From Candidatus Omnitrophota bacterium (GTDB taxonomy: Bacteria > Omnitrophota > Gorgyraeia > Zapsychrales > Fredricksoniimonadaceae): 64,000 nucleotides of DNA. Under the pieces are notes generated by a model that saw nothing but the letters and a program-made list of their open reading frames with translations, did no database searches and was not told the origin of the DNA. Shown here piece after piece: positions 19,458 through 27,853 of this stretch. The stretch lies in contig CAIOPG010000008.1 of NCBI GenBank assembly GCA_903860135.1, positions 127-64,126 on the forward strand, in the 5' to 3' direction. The position numbers and the translations under genes were made by a program. Numbering within the stretch: the first letter of the stretch is position 1; the number at the start of each line of letters is the position of its first letter.

Positions 19458-21217
19458 TTGATATACAAAGGGCGAGACTTGTACTTTGTATGCAACAGCT
19501 TGTGCGACGTGTGCGACAGCGGCTTCTCCAGAAAATCCTTGTACAGCTTCTGGACATGCACATTCTCATGCGAACAACGGTGCTTGAGCCCGGCATCCTC
19601 ATCGTAAAGCCCCTTGGCGCGCTGGCAACGGATCTCGTCGGTCACCATATACGGCTGACCGCCGCCACCCACACACCCACCGGGACACGCCATGACCTCG
19701 ATGAAATGATACGGCAGGGGCTGATTGTTCTTGCGCGCCTCACGGACTTTCTCCATAACCATCTTGACATTCTTCAAGCCATGCGCCACCGCGATCCTGA
19801 CATCCGTACCCTTAACATTGACAGTGGTTTCCTTGACACCCTTTAAGCCGCGCACCGCGGTAAAGTTCACGTCTTTCAAGTTCTCGCCGGTGATCGCAAA
19901 ATACGCTGTGCGCAGGGCCGCTTCCATGACGCCGCCTGTGGCGCCAAAAATAGTGCCGGCACCGCCGTACTCGCCGAGCATCTGATCCGCTTCCTCGTCG
20001 GGCAGGTCCTTGAAGTCAACCCCCGCCTGCTTGATCATGCGGATCAGCTCGCGGGTCGTCAGCGACACATCCACATCCTGAAAACCTGAAGAAGACATAT
20101 CCTCATTGCGATTGATCTCATGTTTCTTGGCCGTGCAGGGCATGATCGAAATGACCTTGATCTTCGCCGGATCGAGCTTCTGCTGTGCGGCATAATACGT
20201 CTTGGTCAGCGCGCCGACCATTTCGTGCGGGCTCTTGGCCGTCGAGAAAAGATCAAGCATATCCCCGTGATACTTCTCAAGGTAATCGACCCAGGCCGGG
20301 CAGCAACTGGTGATCAGCGGCAACGGCCCCTTGTTGTGCAGGAGGCGCTCCACAAATTCGGTGCCCTCTTCCATGATGGTCAGATCAGCGCCGAAATTGG
20401 TATCAAACACCGTCTTAAAACCCAGGCGCCTGAGCAAAGCGTAAAGTTTCTTGGTCAGGTTGGTGCCCACCGGATACCCGAACCCCTCACCGACCGCCAC
20501 GCGCACCGCTGGCGCGATCTGGACCACGCAATGATTATCCTGGTTCTGCAGAAGCTCCCAGACTTTTTGTGTCTCGTCATTCTCGAAAATAGCACCCGTC
20601 GGGCAATGCGCCGAGCATTGGCCGCAACCCACACACGGGGATTCCGCCAGCTGGATATCGCCTGCCGGAGAAATACGCGTCTTAAACCCCCTGTCAATGA
20701 ACGACAGCGCCCAGACATCCTGCATATTCTGGCACACATCGATACAGCGCCCGCACTTGATGCATTTCTTGGGCTCCAGAATGATCGTGCCCGTAGACTT
20801 GTCCACCGGGATATTCGGCAGTGTCCGTTCAAAGCGGTCGTCACGGATACCGAAATCCGCGCAGATCTTCTGCAGTTCGCAATTATTGTTGCGCCCGCAC
20901 ACCAGGCAATCGGTCGGATGATTGGACAGGATCAGCTCAAGCACCGTGCGGCGGGTCTGCACGATCTCAGGGTCCTGGGTCAGGATATCCATGCCGTTCT
21001 CGATGGGCGTACAGCAGGCGCGCAGCATCTTGCGGTTTCCTTTAGCCTTAACAATACAAATACCGCAGCCGGCCGACGGCGCAAGGTCCGCGTGCTTGCA
21101 CAGCGTCGGGATATTGACCTGCACCTTGCGGGCCGCTTCAAGGATCGTCGCGCCCTGGTCGATCTCGACCGGGATCCCGTTAATGACCGCTTTGACTTTC
21201 GTGGTGACCATGGACAT
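19454..21217 (-). CDS. hndD: Group A3 [FeFe]-hydrogenase catalytic subunit (HndD-like)
   Basis: TSCCPAW, MPCTAKKHE, EVMACPGGCVGGGGQP; N-terminal Fe-S domains. Confidence 0.93.
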   Translation of the reverse strand: MSMVTTKVKAVINGIPVEIDQGATILEAARKVQVNIPTLCKHADLAPSAGCGICIVKAKGNRKMLRACCTPIENGMDILTQDPEIVQTRRTVLELILSNHPTDCLVCGRNNNCELQKICADFGIRDDRFERTLPNIPVDKSTGTIILEPKKCIKCGRCIDVCQNMQDVWALSFIDRGFKTRISPAGDIQLAESPCVGCGQCSAHCPTGAIFENDETQKVWELLQNQDNHCVVQIAPAVRVAVGEGFGYPVGTNLTKKLYALLRRLGFKTVFDTNFGADLTIMEEGTEFVERLLHNKGPLPLITSCCPAWVDYLEKYHGDMLDLFSTAKSPHEMVGALTKTYYAAQQKLDPAKIKVISIMPCTAKKHEINRNEDMSSSGFQDVDVSLTTRELIRMIKQAGVDFKDLPDEEADQMLGEYGGAGTIFGATGGVMEAALRTAYFAITGENLKDVNFTAVRGLKGVKETTVNVKGTDVRIAVAHGLKNVKMVMEKVREARKNNQPLPYHFIEVMACPGGCVGGGGQPYMVTDEIRCQRAKGLYDEDAGLKHRCSHENVHVQKLYKDFLEKPLSHTSHKLLHTKYKSRPLYIK

Positions 21218-21252
21218 GGAATAACTCCTTTTAACCCGTAGTAATGCTTATA

Positions 21253-22986
21253 TCACTGGCGGATAACCGCGCCGAATTTACACACGTCATAACAGTTGCC
21301 GCACCCGATGCACTTTTCCATATCTATGGTGTACTTGCTCTGACGATCGCCGCTGATGGCCGTCACCGGGCAATTACGGGCGCACAGGCCGCAAGCCGTG
21401 CAACGCTCCTTGTTGATGCTGTAAGACACCAGGCTCGCGCATTTGCCTGAAGGGCAGCGCTTGTCCATGATGTGCGCCTTATATTCAGCCTCAAAATATT
21501 TCATGGTCGAAAGAACCGGATTGGCCGCTGTCTGCCCCAGCCCGCACAAGGATGCCTTCTGCATCGCCTGGGCGATCTGGTTGAGCTTGACCAGGTCTTC
21601 GGCCTCACCTTTGCCCTCGGAGATCTTCTTCAAGATCGACAGCATCTGCGTGCCGCCGATACGGCAGGGCGCGCATTTGCCGCAGGACTCATCGACGCAA
21701 AAACCAAGGTAAAATTTGGAGATGTCCACCACGCAATCATTCTCGTCGAGCACGATCATCCCGCCCGACCCCATGATCGACCCCAGCTTCTGGAGCGTTT
21801 CATAGCCCACCGGCGTGTCAAAATGATCTTCCGGAATAACGCCGCCCGACGGGCCGCCGGTCTGGATGGCCTTGATGGCTTTGTTGTTGAACACGCCGCC
21901 GCCAACCTCAAACACGATCTCGCGCAGGGTGATGCCCATGGGCACTTCCACCAGCCCGGAATTCTTGACCTTGCCGGTCAGGGCGAAAACCTTGGTGCCC
22001 GTCGAACCTTCAATGCCGATCCGTCCAAAAGCTTCGCCGCCTTTAAGAAAGATATACGGCACATTGGCGAGGGTCTCGACATTGTTGATGACCGTCGGCT
22101 TGCCCCAGAGCCCCTTGACCGACGGGAACGGCGGCCGCGGCCGTGGATAACCACGCAGGCCTTCGATCGAGGCAATGAGCGCGGTCTCTTCCCCGCACAC
22201 AAAAGCGCCTGCCCCCAAACGGATCTCAATATCAAAATCAAAGCCGAACCCGAAAATATTCTTGCCCACAATGCCCTTCTGGCGGCACACATCGATCGCT
22301 TTCTGGATGCGCTCGACCGCCAGCGGATACTCGGCACGGATATAAAAAATACCCTGGCTGGCACCGGTGGCCAGGCCGCCGATCATCATGCCCTCGATGA
22401 CAGAATGCGGGTCGCCTTCAAGGACAGAACGATCCATGTACGCACCAGGATCGCCCTCATCGCCGTTGCAAATGATATATTTCACATCACCTTTGACGCC
22501 ACGGGTGATATTCCACTTCATCCAGGTCGGGAAACCCGCGCCGCCACGCCCGCGCAGGCCAGATTTCTTCATTTCTTCAATGACCTTTTCCGGCCCCATG
22601 GCCAGTGCCGCGGTCAGCCCTTCATACCCGTCCTGGGCAATGTAATCCTCGATCGATTCAGGGTCAATGATGCCGCAATTGCGCAAGACAACACGCATCT
22701 GGCGATTCTTCTTATCCAGGGCCAGCGCCACCACCTTCTCGCCGCCGACAACCGTCTTTTCGACGATCAGGGGGATATCGCTGTTCTTAAGACCAGCATA
22801 CACAAACCCTTCGGGCAGGACCTTGGCCACAATGCCCTTGTTGTAAATACCGATATCCGCCACCAGCACCGCCTGGGCTTTCTCGGCGAGGCCGTTGTCT
22901 CGCAGATGGCTGTTGATGGCCACGTAAAAATCACGCATTTCCTTTTTAAGGGTGCCGCTGGTGTCTTGAAGGAGGATCCGTTTCAT
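21253..22986 (-). CDS. hndC: Hydrogenase NADH/FMN-binding subunit (HndC/NuoF-like)
   Basis: GLRGRGGAGFP, NGDEGDPGAYMDRS, GGPSGG, C-terminal 2x[4Fe-4S]. Confidence 0.9.
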   Translation of the reverse strand: MKRILLQDTSGTLKKEMRDFYVAINSHLRDNGLAEKAQAVLVADIGIYNKGIVAKVLPEGFVYAGLKNSDIPLIVEKTVVGGEKVVALALDKKNRQMRVVLRNCGIIDPESIEDYIAQDGYEGLTAALAMGPEKVIEEMKKSGLRGRGGAGFPTWMKWNITRGVKGDVKYIICNGDEGDPGAYMDRSVLEGDPHSVIEGMMIGGLATGASQGIFYIRAEYPLAVERIQKAIDVCRQKGIVGKNIFGFGFDFDIEIRLGAGAFVCGEETALIASIEGLRGYPRPRPPFPSVKGLWGKPTVINNVETLANVPYIFLKGGEAFGRIGIEGSTGTKVFALTGKVKNSGLVEVPMGITLREIVFEVGGGVFNNKAIKAIQTGGPSGGVIPEDHFDTPVGYETLQKLGSIMGSGGMIVLDENDCVVDISKFYLGFCVDESCGKCAPCRIGGTQMLSILKKISEGKGEAEDLVKLNQIAQAMQKASLCGLGQTAANPVLSTMKYFEAEYKAHIMDKRCPSGKCASLVSYSINKERCTACGLCARNCPVTAISGDRQSKYTIDMEKCIGCGNCYDVCKFGAVIRQ

Positions 22987-23010
22987 ACCCAAAGTCCTGT
23001 CGGTTAAAGG

Positions 23011-23352
23011 TTATAGCTCGTAAATATGATTTTCGACCAGTTTCTTCTGGCAGACATGTTCATCCATGATGCGGTGCGCGACGTCCTTGTTGACCTTGCC
23101 GTAAAAAACCCGCGGCACGCCTTCGATATTGACCTCGACCAGCGGTTCCGCCGAGCAAAGGCCGACACAGCCGCATTTCTTGACCACGATATCCATATTG
23201 CGCGCCTTGATCTCTTCAACCAGCACCTCGAACACTTCCCTGGCGCCAGCAGCCACACCGCAGGTGCTGTACCCGACACGGATCCAGTTCTTGGGCGACT
23301 TGGCCCAGACCGCCGCTTTCAATGTATTCAATTCATCTCTCGTAATGGCCAT
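23011..23352 (-). CDS. hndB: Thioredoxin-like [2Fe-2S] ferredoxin subunit (HndB-like)
   Basis: VGYSTCGVAAGA...GCVGLCSAEPLV. Confidence 0.88.
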   Translation of the reverse strand: MAITRDELNTLKAAVWAKSPKNWIRVGYSTCGVAAGAREVFEVLVEEIKARNMDIVVKKCGCVGLCSAEPLVEVNIEGVPRVFYGKVNKDVAHRIMDEHVCQKKLVENHIYEL

Positions 23353-23373
23353 AAGGCGTCCTCCTTCGTCGCT

Positions 23374-23847
23374 CTAAACGTTTTTGGAATGCTCGGCGAT
23401 GATCCCCACCACGTCGCTGCGCTTGACCGCGCTATAAACCTTGTCATCGACCGTGATGACCGGCGCCAGCCCGCAACAACCCAGGCAACGCACGATCTGC
23501 AAATGAAAAAGGCCATCCTTGGTAGTTTGGCCTTCGTCGACGTGCAGGATATGGCGGACCTCCTCGATCAGGGCCGCCGCGCCTTTGAGATAACAGGCGG
23601 TACCCAGGCACACGGAAATATTGAATTTCCCCGGTGCCTTGAGCTTGAAATAATTATAAAAGGTAAGCACTTCATAAATACGGGCCAGCGGCATATCCGC
23701 CTGGTGCGATACTTCAAGCGCCGCTTCACGCGGGACATACCCGTAACGGTCCTGGATATCATGGAGGATCATGATCAGGTTGCCCTCCTTGCCCTTCCAG
23801 CGCGCGACAACAGCCTTAACATCCTCGTTGAGCGTCTCTGCCACCAT
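23374..23847 (-). CDS. hndA: NuoE-like [2Fe-2S] subunit (HndA-like)
   Basis: CLGTACYLKG...CLGCCGLAPV; RBS AAGGAG. Confidence 0.9.
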   Translation of the reverse strand: MVAETLNEDVKAVVARWKGKEGNLIMILHDIQDRYGYVPREAALEVSHQADMPLARIYEVLTFYNYFKLKAPGKFNISVCLGTACYLKGAAALIEEVRHILHVDEGQTTKDGLFHLQIVRCLGCCGLAPVITVDDKVYSAVKRSDVVGIIAEHSKNV

Positions 23848-23941
23848 AACCAACTCCTTGTCAGGTTTTCGGAATAGACCCCGTGCGCCGCATCACGTTT
23901 GATCCATATAGGATCGCAACGCGTGTGTAAATGATGTGTAG

Positions 23942-23970
23942 ATTATAAGAAGAAGGGACAGATCACGCAA
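23942..23970 (-). promoter_or_regulatory. Sigma70 promoter of hndABCD
   Basis: Minus strand TTGCGT, 17 bp spacer, TATAAT. Confidence 0.7.
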
Positions 23971-24032
23971 GATAATATTCAGGTGAAATTATCACGACGG
24001 AGAATCGAGAATTTTTCTCGATTAGATACCCC

Positions 24033-27000
24033 TTATGACGCCAGGGGTTTTGCCACGCTGTCAGCCCCCAGCCCCAATAACGGCAACGGGCTGGAGATTG
24101 GGGTGATGTTAAGGATGACCGGCACGACCCCGCTGAAATCGCCGCGTTCGAACTGCGCGACCATGGCCGGGTCAAGCGCCATCTCGACCCCCCGCCCCTC
24201 ACGCGCCACATCGAGCGAAAGGTTGTTGCTGTTGATGTCAATACCACCGTCAACGACCGTTGCATTGTCAAATGCAGAACGCATCCTGATCTTTGTGTGA
24301 TCTTGGGGATCTTTTTCCGTAACATAGATAAGCTCAGCCGCTACAACAGGATTAATCTTTTGATTAAAATGTGACCCTGCATCTTCATCCTTGTAAAACA
24401 AGCCCATCGTTAAACCGATGTTCCAAAAACCCGTTATAGTGGAGTCCATGACAACCTCCGACAGAGACTTAGTACCCTCCAACGACACTTCCCTGAGCTT
24501 AGCCAACAGATCAGAATTCTCCTTGATCTTTCCTTTTAACTTTTTAGCAAAGGCGACTAGGTCCTCCCTGTCCTTTTTCGCTTGCTTAAAGATCTGCGAC
24601 ACCCAGTTGGCCGAAACATAGATCGATGAACCTGGTGCATCACTTTGTTTCGATTTAAGCAGGTCTCCATTCGCCCTAACAACAAGCTCCGGATAGAGCC
24701 TCTTTAAAAGCTGACTATATGGCTCCACGGTTGTTTTGTCCTTTACAGCAAACCACCGAGTGGCCGCCGCATTCACAACCCCCAGCACCATTGCTTCTTG
24801 ATTGGGCCCGCCCAGAACATCCTGTAACTCAACGATCAGTAGTTCTTTATCAAGCTCTTTCCCGCCTGCCACCGCCGCCTGCCATCGCGCAAGTAAAGCT
24901 TCAACCTGCGGCGTCGCCTGACCATCATCAACAACACCAGGTGTTGTCGCCGCCGCGTCAACGGGGGCAAAGATGACCCGAGCTTCCTGACCGTCTATTT
25001 TAAGAGGATATTCTACAATAAACTGAATTTTTTGCGGATCCATTAGCTTGATCCGATCCACATAATGAGAAACAGCCCTCCTTATCTGATGAGTAACCTT
25101 TCCATTCTTTTTAATAACCTCAAGAATTGTCTTTTCAAAACTTATTTTTTTTCTCATGACTTGACTCAATCTAGCTAATCGAGATTGTTTATTCCGTCCA
25201 AATTCATGGGGATAATTCACCTCAAGAATACGGAAGATTTGCTCTGGGGTCCACTTATATTCCATACTCAAACCAGGAGGCAATTGAAAACCATTGCCCG
25301 TAGATATTTTATGTATCAACCACTTTTGAAAGGTATCATTATTCAATAAATCTCTGAACGCATTTCCCGCATCAGTATAAGACGAAATCTCAAAATCATC
25401 TCCTATCTCCCCCAATAAATGCTTCAAAGAATCCTCTTCCTTCGAGAATGCTGCCCTTATCAAGGCATCAATATTCGGCGAAGACTTTTCTCTCCGCAGT
25501 AATACCTGATCGGACGACTGCAGATTTAGATAGATATCTTTTAAATCAACCTCTACGACAGTTCCCTTGATCTGAAATTCAGGCTTGATCTGTACTTTTA
25601 ATTCTTCTCCTGAAGGATATCCTATTATATGATCCACCAGCATTGCCATACCCGGGTTGAGCTCTCCCTGCTCGCTGGATAAACCAATCCTCATAGCAAC
25701 ACCGAAAAGCGACCGGCCTGCCTGCGTTGTGCCGTTATTTAGGCTACCAATCCTCTTTAATAACGCAAGTGCCTCAGGATCATCTGCCAGCTTTTGTTGC
25801 GTTATCATCTGAGCAACGCGGACGCTGTACCACTGAAGCACGTCCGCAGGCCAGTTTTGCCAGGGAACATTGGCATACCGTTCTATTTTGTGCTGGATTT
25901 CTACCGCTTCCGGAGAGATTATTTCTTGCGTCGCCGCGTCTGTCACATGAACAACCATCGCAACCACTGCCTGCTTGCCGCTCGACGGAACAGGCGTCTC
26001 TGCGGCATGATCCACGGTCATCGCATTCTCAATGCCCGGTGGTATCTGAAGCCCTCCCGAAAAATACTTGCGCGCGATGGTTTCGCCCGAGGCTTGCGGT
26101 TCTTCCTTGATGTAATTGAATACGCCCTTGCGGTAGGCGGCGAGGTATTGGGCGTAGATCTTTTCCTTGACGGCAGGGTCGTCGCTTGTGACGCCGTTGA
26201 TCTTGGACTTGTTGGTATAAACCTGGTTCAACAGGGCATCTTTCAAGGCGCGCTTGTACCAGGTGGACAGGATCATGGCGTAGAAGATCTGGCGGAGCTG
26301 GGTGAAATTCTGACCTTCGTTCACTTCCTGCTCGATCTGGGGGATGATGACCTCGCGCATGACTTGTTTGGCGAGCTCTTGCGCCCCCCGCCCATTCCCT
26401 CCCCACGCTGAAGCGGGGGTGGGTGTTATAACGGGATCACCGGTTACAGTCTGTGTTACCTGTGCAGCCATATAATCGGACTCCAGCATGACTTTTAAAT
26501 GGGCGTCGGTAATGTAGGCGGTGTTGTGGCGTTCGAGGACCTTGGCTTTATCGGCGGTGATCCAGACTTTGTTGAAGGTATCGACCGGGATATCGATCGT
26601 GCCGAATTGCGCCCGGGCTTTCGCGTAGATCCTGGCCCAGAACTCCTTGCCCAGCCCTTTCTCGGGATACACCAAGGACGCGGTCAACTGCTTGAGGATA
26701 TAATCCTGCGCCAGCATGTCGCGGCCGAGCTCGGTCTTGCCAAGGTCGTCGGGAATGATACGGTCCTTCTCATACGGACTCAGGTTCACCCACTGATCGT
26801 CAGCCTTGACCGTAAGAGAAGCGAGGAAATACTTGATGAGCTTTTCGGATTCCGCTTGAAACGGCGCGCCTTCGACCGCCAGCTTAGAATCACCGGCATC
26901 GATGATGAAATCAAACAACAGTGGGTTCTCCGGATGGACTTTTAGCCCGCGCGCGATCACCGGTGTATACGCCGGACTTACCGTCACCATGCTACCCGGT

Positions 27001-27128
27001 GCCGGCAGGCTAAGCACCTGCGCCAAGGCACGCGGCGGAGTCACCAGCGACAATACAAAACTCGCCAGGACAAAGCCGGCAATAAGCCGGAAAGAAACAC
27101 TCTTACGCGAAGCAACGTGACACATCAT
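24033..27128 (-). CDS. Large secreted modular protein (Omnitrophota-type conserved N-terminal domain and C-terminal GGID motif, variable AT-rich middle)
   Basis: Signal peptide; LPAPG...GLKVHPENPLLFDFIID...WVNLSPYEKDRII...RKYFSGG N-domain; C-terminal GGIDINS...G..PVI..I.P. Confidence 0.75.
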   Translation of the reverse strand: MMCHVASRKSVSFRLIAGFVLASFVLSLVTPPRALAQVLSLPAPGSMVTVSPAYTPVIARGLKVHPENPLLFDFIIDAGDSKLAVEGAPFQAESEKLIKYFLASLTVKADDQWVNLSPYEKDRIIPDDLGKTELGRDMLAQDYILKQLTASLVYPEKGLGKEFWARIYAKARAQFGTIDIPVDTFNKVWITADKAKVLERHNTAYITDAHLKVMLESDYMAAQVTQTVTGDPVITPTPASAWGGNGRGAQELAKQVMREVIIPQIEQEVNEGQNFTQLRQIFYAMILSTWYKRALKDALLNQVYTNKSKINGVTSDDPAVKEKIYAQYLAAYRKGVFNYIKEEPQASGETIARKYFSGGLQIPPGIENAMTVDHAAETPVPSSGKQAVVAMVVHVTDAATQEIISPEAVEIQHKIERYANVPWQNWPADVLQWYSVRVAQMITQQKLADDPEALALLKRIGSLNNGTTQAGRSLFGVAMRIGLSSEQGELNPGMAMLVDHIIGYPSGEELKVQIKPEFQIKGTVVEVDLKDIYLNLQSSDQVLLRREKSSPNIDALIRAAFSKEEDSLKHLLGEIGDDFEISSYTDAGNAFRDLLNNDTFQKWLIHKISTGNGFQLPPGLSMEYKWTPEQIFRILEVNYPHEFGRNKQSRLARLSQVMRKKISFEKTILEVIKKNGKVTHQIRRAVSHYVDRIKLMDPQKIQFIVEYPLKIDGQEARVIFAPVDAAATTPGVVDDGQATPQVEALLARWQAAVAGGKELDKELLIVELQDVLGGPNQEAMVLGVVNAAATRWFAVKDKTTVEPYSQLLKRLYPELVVRANGDLLKSKQSDAPGSSIYVSANWVSQIFKQAKKDREDLVAFAKKLKGKIKENSDLLAKLREVSLEGTKSLSEVVMDSTITGFWNIGLTMGLFYKDEDAGSHFNQKINPVVAAELIYVTEKDPQDHTKIRMRSAFDNATVVDGGIDINSNNLSLDVAREGRGVEMALDPAMVAQFERGDFSGVVPVILNITPISSPLPLLGLGADSVAKPLAS
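26384..26423 (+). repeat. C-rich/G-rich REP-like element, copy 3, in frame inside a CDS
   Basis: CCCCCCGCCCATTCCCTCCCCACGCTGAAGCGGGGGTGGG; translated as PTPASAWGGNGRG. Confidence 0.6.
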
Positions 27129-27281
27129 ATGCTACATCCTTCTTCCGTCTAAATATTCTGTATTTTCTTGAGAAGACAAATCCAATATTAGAAATATAAC
27201 ATAAATCGAAGGCGATATACAAGTTGTGGGAAAGATTGTCTGGAAAAGCTATGTTATGGCTTATGACGAAGCGGTGTGACT

Positions 27282-27545
27282 TTAGCGATAAACACTCTTG
27301 CGAAGGCCGATATCAATCAAGATAATATTGCGGGCCTGATCATCAATGTCATACAGAATACGCCAATCCCCGGTACGCACACGCCAGATACCCTTAAGCT
27401 GTCCCGACAACTTCTTGACACCCACAGGCCTAGGCGCGGATGATAACCCGGCAATAACAACCCTGACTCTGGCCTGAACAGTCAGCGGTAATGACTCAAA
27501 GGTCTTCAACGCCCTCCTGTCAGCCCAAACAATACTATACTTCAA
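27282..27545 (-). CDS. relE: RelE/ParE-family toxin
   Basis: PRPVGVKKLSG...WRVRTGDWRILYDIDD; TTG start overlapping the antitoxin end. Confidence 0.85.
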   Translation of the reverse strand: MKYSIVWADRRALKTFESLPLTVQARVRVVIAGLSSAPRPVGVKKLSGQLKGIWRVRTGDWRILYDIDDQARNIILIDIGLRKSVYR

Positions 27546-27795
27546 AGGGAATTCCTTTTCCCGAAGCATAATTGCGGCGTGCCTGCACGACACGAAGGGC
27601 AAGGAGCGCATCTTTCTCGTCGAAAGCGTCTTCCACCAAGCTCATCAACTCGTCAAAACGACCTGCCGACATCATCACCGCCTCGGCCTTGCCGTATTGG
27701 GTAATGAAACAGGTCTCTCCACTCTGCGCAATATCCTCAATGACCTCGGACATATGATCGCGTGCTTGCGTGGCGGCGATAATCTTGATGGGCAT
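27535..27795 (-). CDS. Phd/YefM-family antitoxin
   Basis: IIAATQARDHMSEVIE...FITQYGKAEAVMMS. Confidence 0.85.
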   Translation of the reverse strand: MPIKIIAATQARDHMSEVIEDIAQSGETCFITQYGKAEAVMMSAGRFDELMSLVEDAFDEKDALLALRVVQARRNYASGKGIPFEV

Positions 27796-27853
27796 AATTT
27801 TGTATCCTTTTCTGTACAAATCATAACACGCGATGACGTACAAATCAAGGGGA

